Source of the DNA: Fistulifera solaris
Taxonomy: Eukaryota
Length of the DNA: 49,037 nucleotides
Reading direction: 5' to 3'
Assembly: GCA_030295235.1 (NCBI GenBank)
Contig: AP026167.1
Location: forward strand, 930,001-979,037
The notes under the pieces were generated by a model, which was given only the letters and a program-made list of their open reading frames with translations, made no database searches and had not been told where the DNA came from. Of the stretch, positions 47,460 through 49,037 are shown one piece after another (the first letter of the stretch is position 1; each line of letters opens with the position of its first letter). The position numbers were made by a program, and so were the translations under genes.

Positions 47460-48692
47460 TTAAATTTCCGTTCTGAAATACTTGACAACTTTATAGGGAA
47501 GGTGGTTAGGTTGTATGGCGAGATTGAATAATATCGGTATGCATGTGGTTTGCTTCCAGGTTGGATATCTATGTGGACTTTTTTCCGGAAAGCATCCAAG
47601 TTTGCTTGAAAATAAAGCAGCTTGTATTTTGATAGTAGACTTGCGAGTTGGTCCTTTGCACATCGTTTAGATGATCTTGCTTTTGTGCAATTATATTTGG
47701 ATTGGTTTCTTCATATTTCGCTGGTAGAATCTCTTTTGATTTGTATCCTGCCTCCTTGATTTGTTCTTCTGTAATGAAAGTTTGAGCGAATTAATTTTAT
47801 CGTTTTCAAAGAGATCGGGACATGGAGGTAAAGTGTGCAGAGAAGTAGTTCGGGGTATGAAATAGTCACTTGATCGAAATGGTATTTGGTTTTGAACCAT
47901 GATACTGTTTTCGTTGAATTGTGAATGTCGATTCCGAGTTTGGTCATTAAGTCATTTCCGATGATTACGTCGTAGATCGTTTGAGCGTTATCGAAAATGA
48001 TACATGGAAGTGGACCTGGCACTTTCGTTGAGAGGCGGAAAACTCGGGTAATGAGATGTCTTGAAGTTCAACTTGATTGTTATGGGTTTCAACGCCATGA
48101 AGACCGGCGATCGTTTACCTTGAATGAGTTTTGGCGTGGCACCTTTTGGTAAAGCTCTTTGATTAAACATTGTATGATCTGATCCTGAATCAAACAATAT
48201 TTTTAATGGATGCTTGTTTTCTTGGCCTTGAATATATTTAGCTGACATGATAGTTATAGGACGGCTCGTGTCTTGCGATTGTTGTATCATGTAATTAGGT
48301 ATTAATTTAATGTCTAAATCTCCAGAATAATAAATATCGTGGCATAAAGATGTGAATGATATAGAAGAAGATACATTTGATTCACTCTGCGAAGACGATA
48401 TTCTGGGATCAGACAATAAATTTTCATCGGCAGTTATTCTGAAGCACGATGACCTACCATAAAACTGATTCGGATACAAGTCGTTTTGCGCTATCATTCC
48501 GGCTGGTTTTGAAGGAGTTTCTTGTGTGATTTTAAGCATGATCTTGAGGTGCTGTCTTGCTGTTCTTGGTTTCATTGATCTTGCGGATTTTATTTGGATT
48601 GTAGTTATTTCCGTTTCGATTATACCAACAGTTGTTCCAATCATGATGACTCACACCGTTTTATCAAGGCATTCGCGCTTTCGGCAGTCACC
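47460..48692 (-). mobile_element. Truncated, frameshifted Ty3/gypsy-like LTR retrotransposon remnant (gag C-terminus, aspartic protease, pre-RT linker)
   Basis: Zinc-knuckle-like CRKREC..HHDWNNC near 48690-48625. Retropepsin ILFDSGSDHT and YDVIIGNDLMTKLGIDI. Then LFSSKLGCFPEK/VHIDIQPGSKP, typical of the linker before gypsy RT. AT-richer than host genes; no RT core seen. Confidence 0.72.
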
Positions 48693-49037
48693 GTTAGGGT
48701 TAGGGTTAGGGTTAGGGTTGAGGGTCAGGGGTCGGGGTTGGGGTTAGGGTTAGGGTTAGGGTTGGGGTTGGGGTTGAGGGTTAGGGTTAGGGTTAGGGTT
48801 AGGGTTAGGGTTAGGGTTAGGGTTAGGGTTAGGGTTAGGGTTAGGGTTAGGGTTAGGGTTAGGGTTAGGGTTAGGGTTAGGGTTAGGGTTAGGGTTAGGG
48901 GTTGGGGTTAGGGTTAGGGTTAGGGTTAGGGTTAGGGTTAGGGTTAGGGTTAGGGGTTGGGGTTAGGGTTAGGGTTAGGAGTTAGGGTTAGGGTTAGGGT
49001 TAAAGGTTAGGAGTTAGAGGTTAGGAGTTAGGGTTAG
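48693..49037 (+). repeat. Telomeric repeat (TTAGGG)n, right chromosome end
   Basis: About 345 bp of TTAGGG running to the window end, G-rich strand 5'->3' outward, with variant units TTGGGG, TTGAGGG, TCAGGG, TTAGGAG. Confidence 0.98.

Noticed and set aside
48526..48911. ORFs encoding poly-(VR) and poly-(GL)
   Set aside because: Translation of the telomeric repeat.

Overview
Right-hand chromosome end of a eukaryote, very probably a pennate diatom. Evidence: short GT-AG introns, a Phaeodactylum-like Delta-5 desaturase, a silicanin-like protein, diatom-expanded HSF, helicase-associated and DUF6824-like families, and a bipartite plastid presequence. About 17 protein genes are recognisable: two CE4 chitin-deacetylase-like paralogues, Delta-5 desaturase, FMC1-like, silicanin-like, HA-domain protein, EEP phosphoesterase, tepsin, HSF, RPS25, DUF6824-like, BRCA2, a cNMP-gated kinase, an LRR-like protein, MsrB-like, CstF-64 and an aquaporin. 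These are followed by a ~3 kb subtelomere with a truncated Ty3/gypsy-like gag-protease remnant that runs directly into a (TTAGGG)n telomere. Many genes, including essential RPS25, carry 1-bp frameshifts, often in homopolymers, so the consensus is probably imperfectly polished and frameshifts are not read as pseudogenisation. Most notable observations: a 34-bp-phased motif array upstream of BRCA2, a BRCA2 with a RanBP2-type zinc finger and ~10-11 BRC repeats, a single-chain acylated kinase with cAMP-type signatures, a strong bias toward 7-bp tandem micro-duplications of unrelated sequence in intergenic DNA, and telomere addition inside a retroelement gag. All family assignments come from motif recognition, not database searches.
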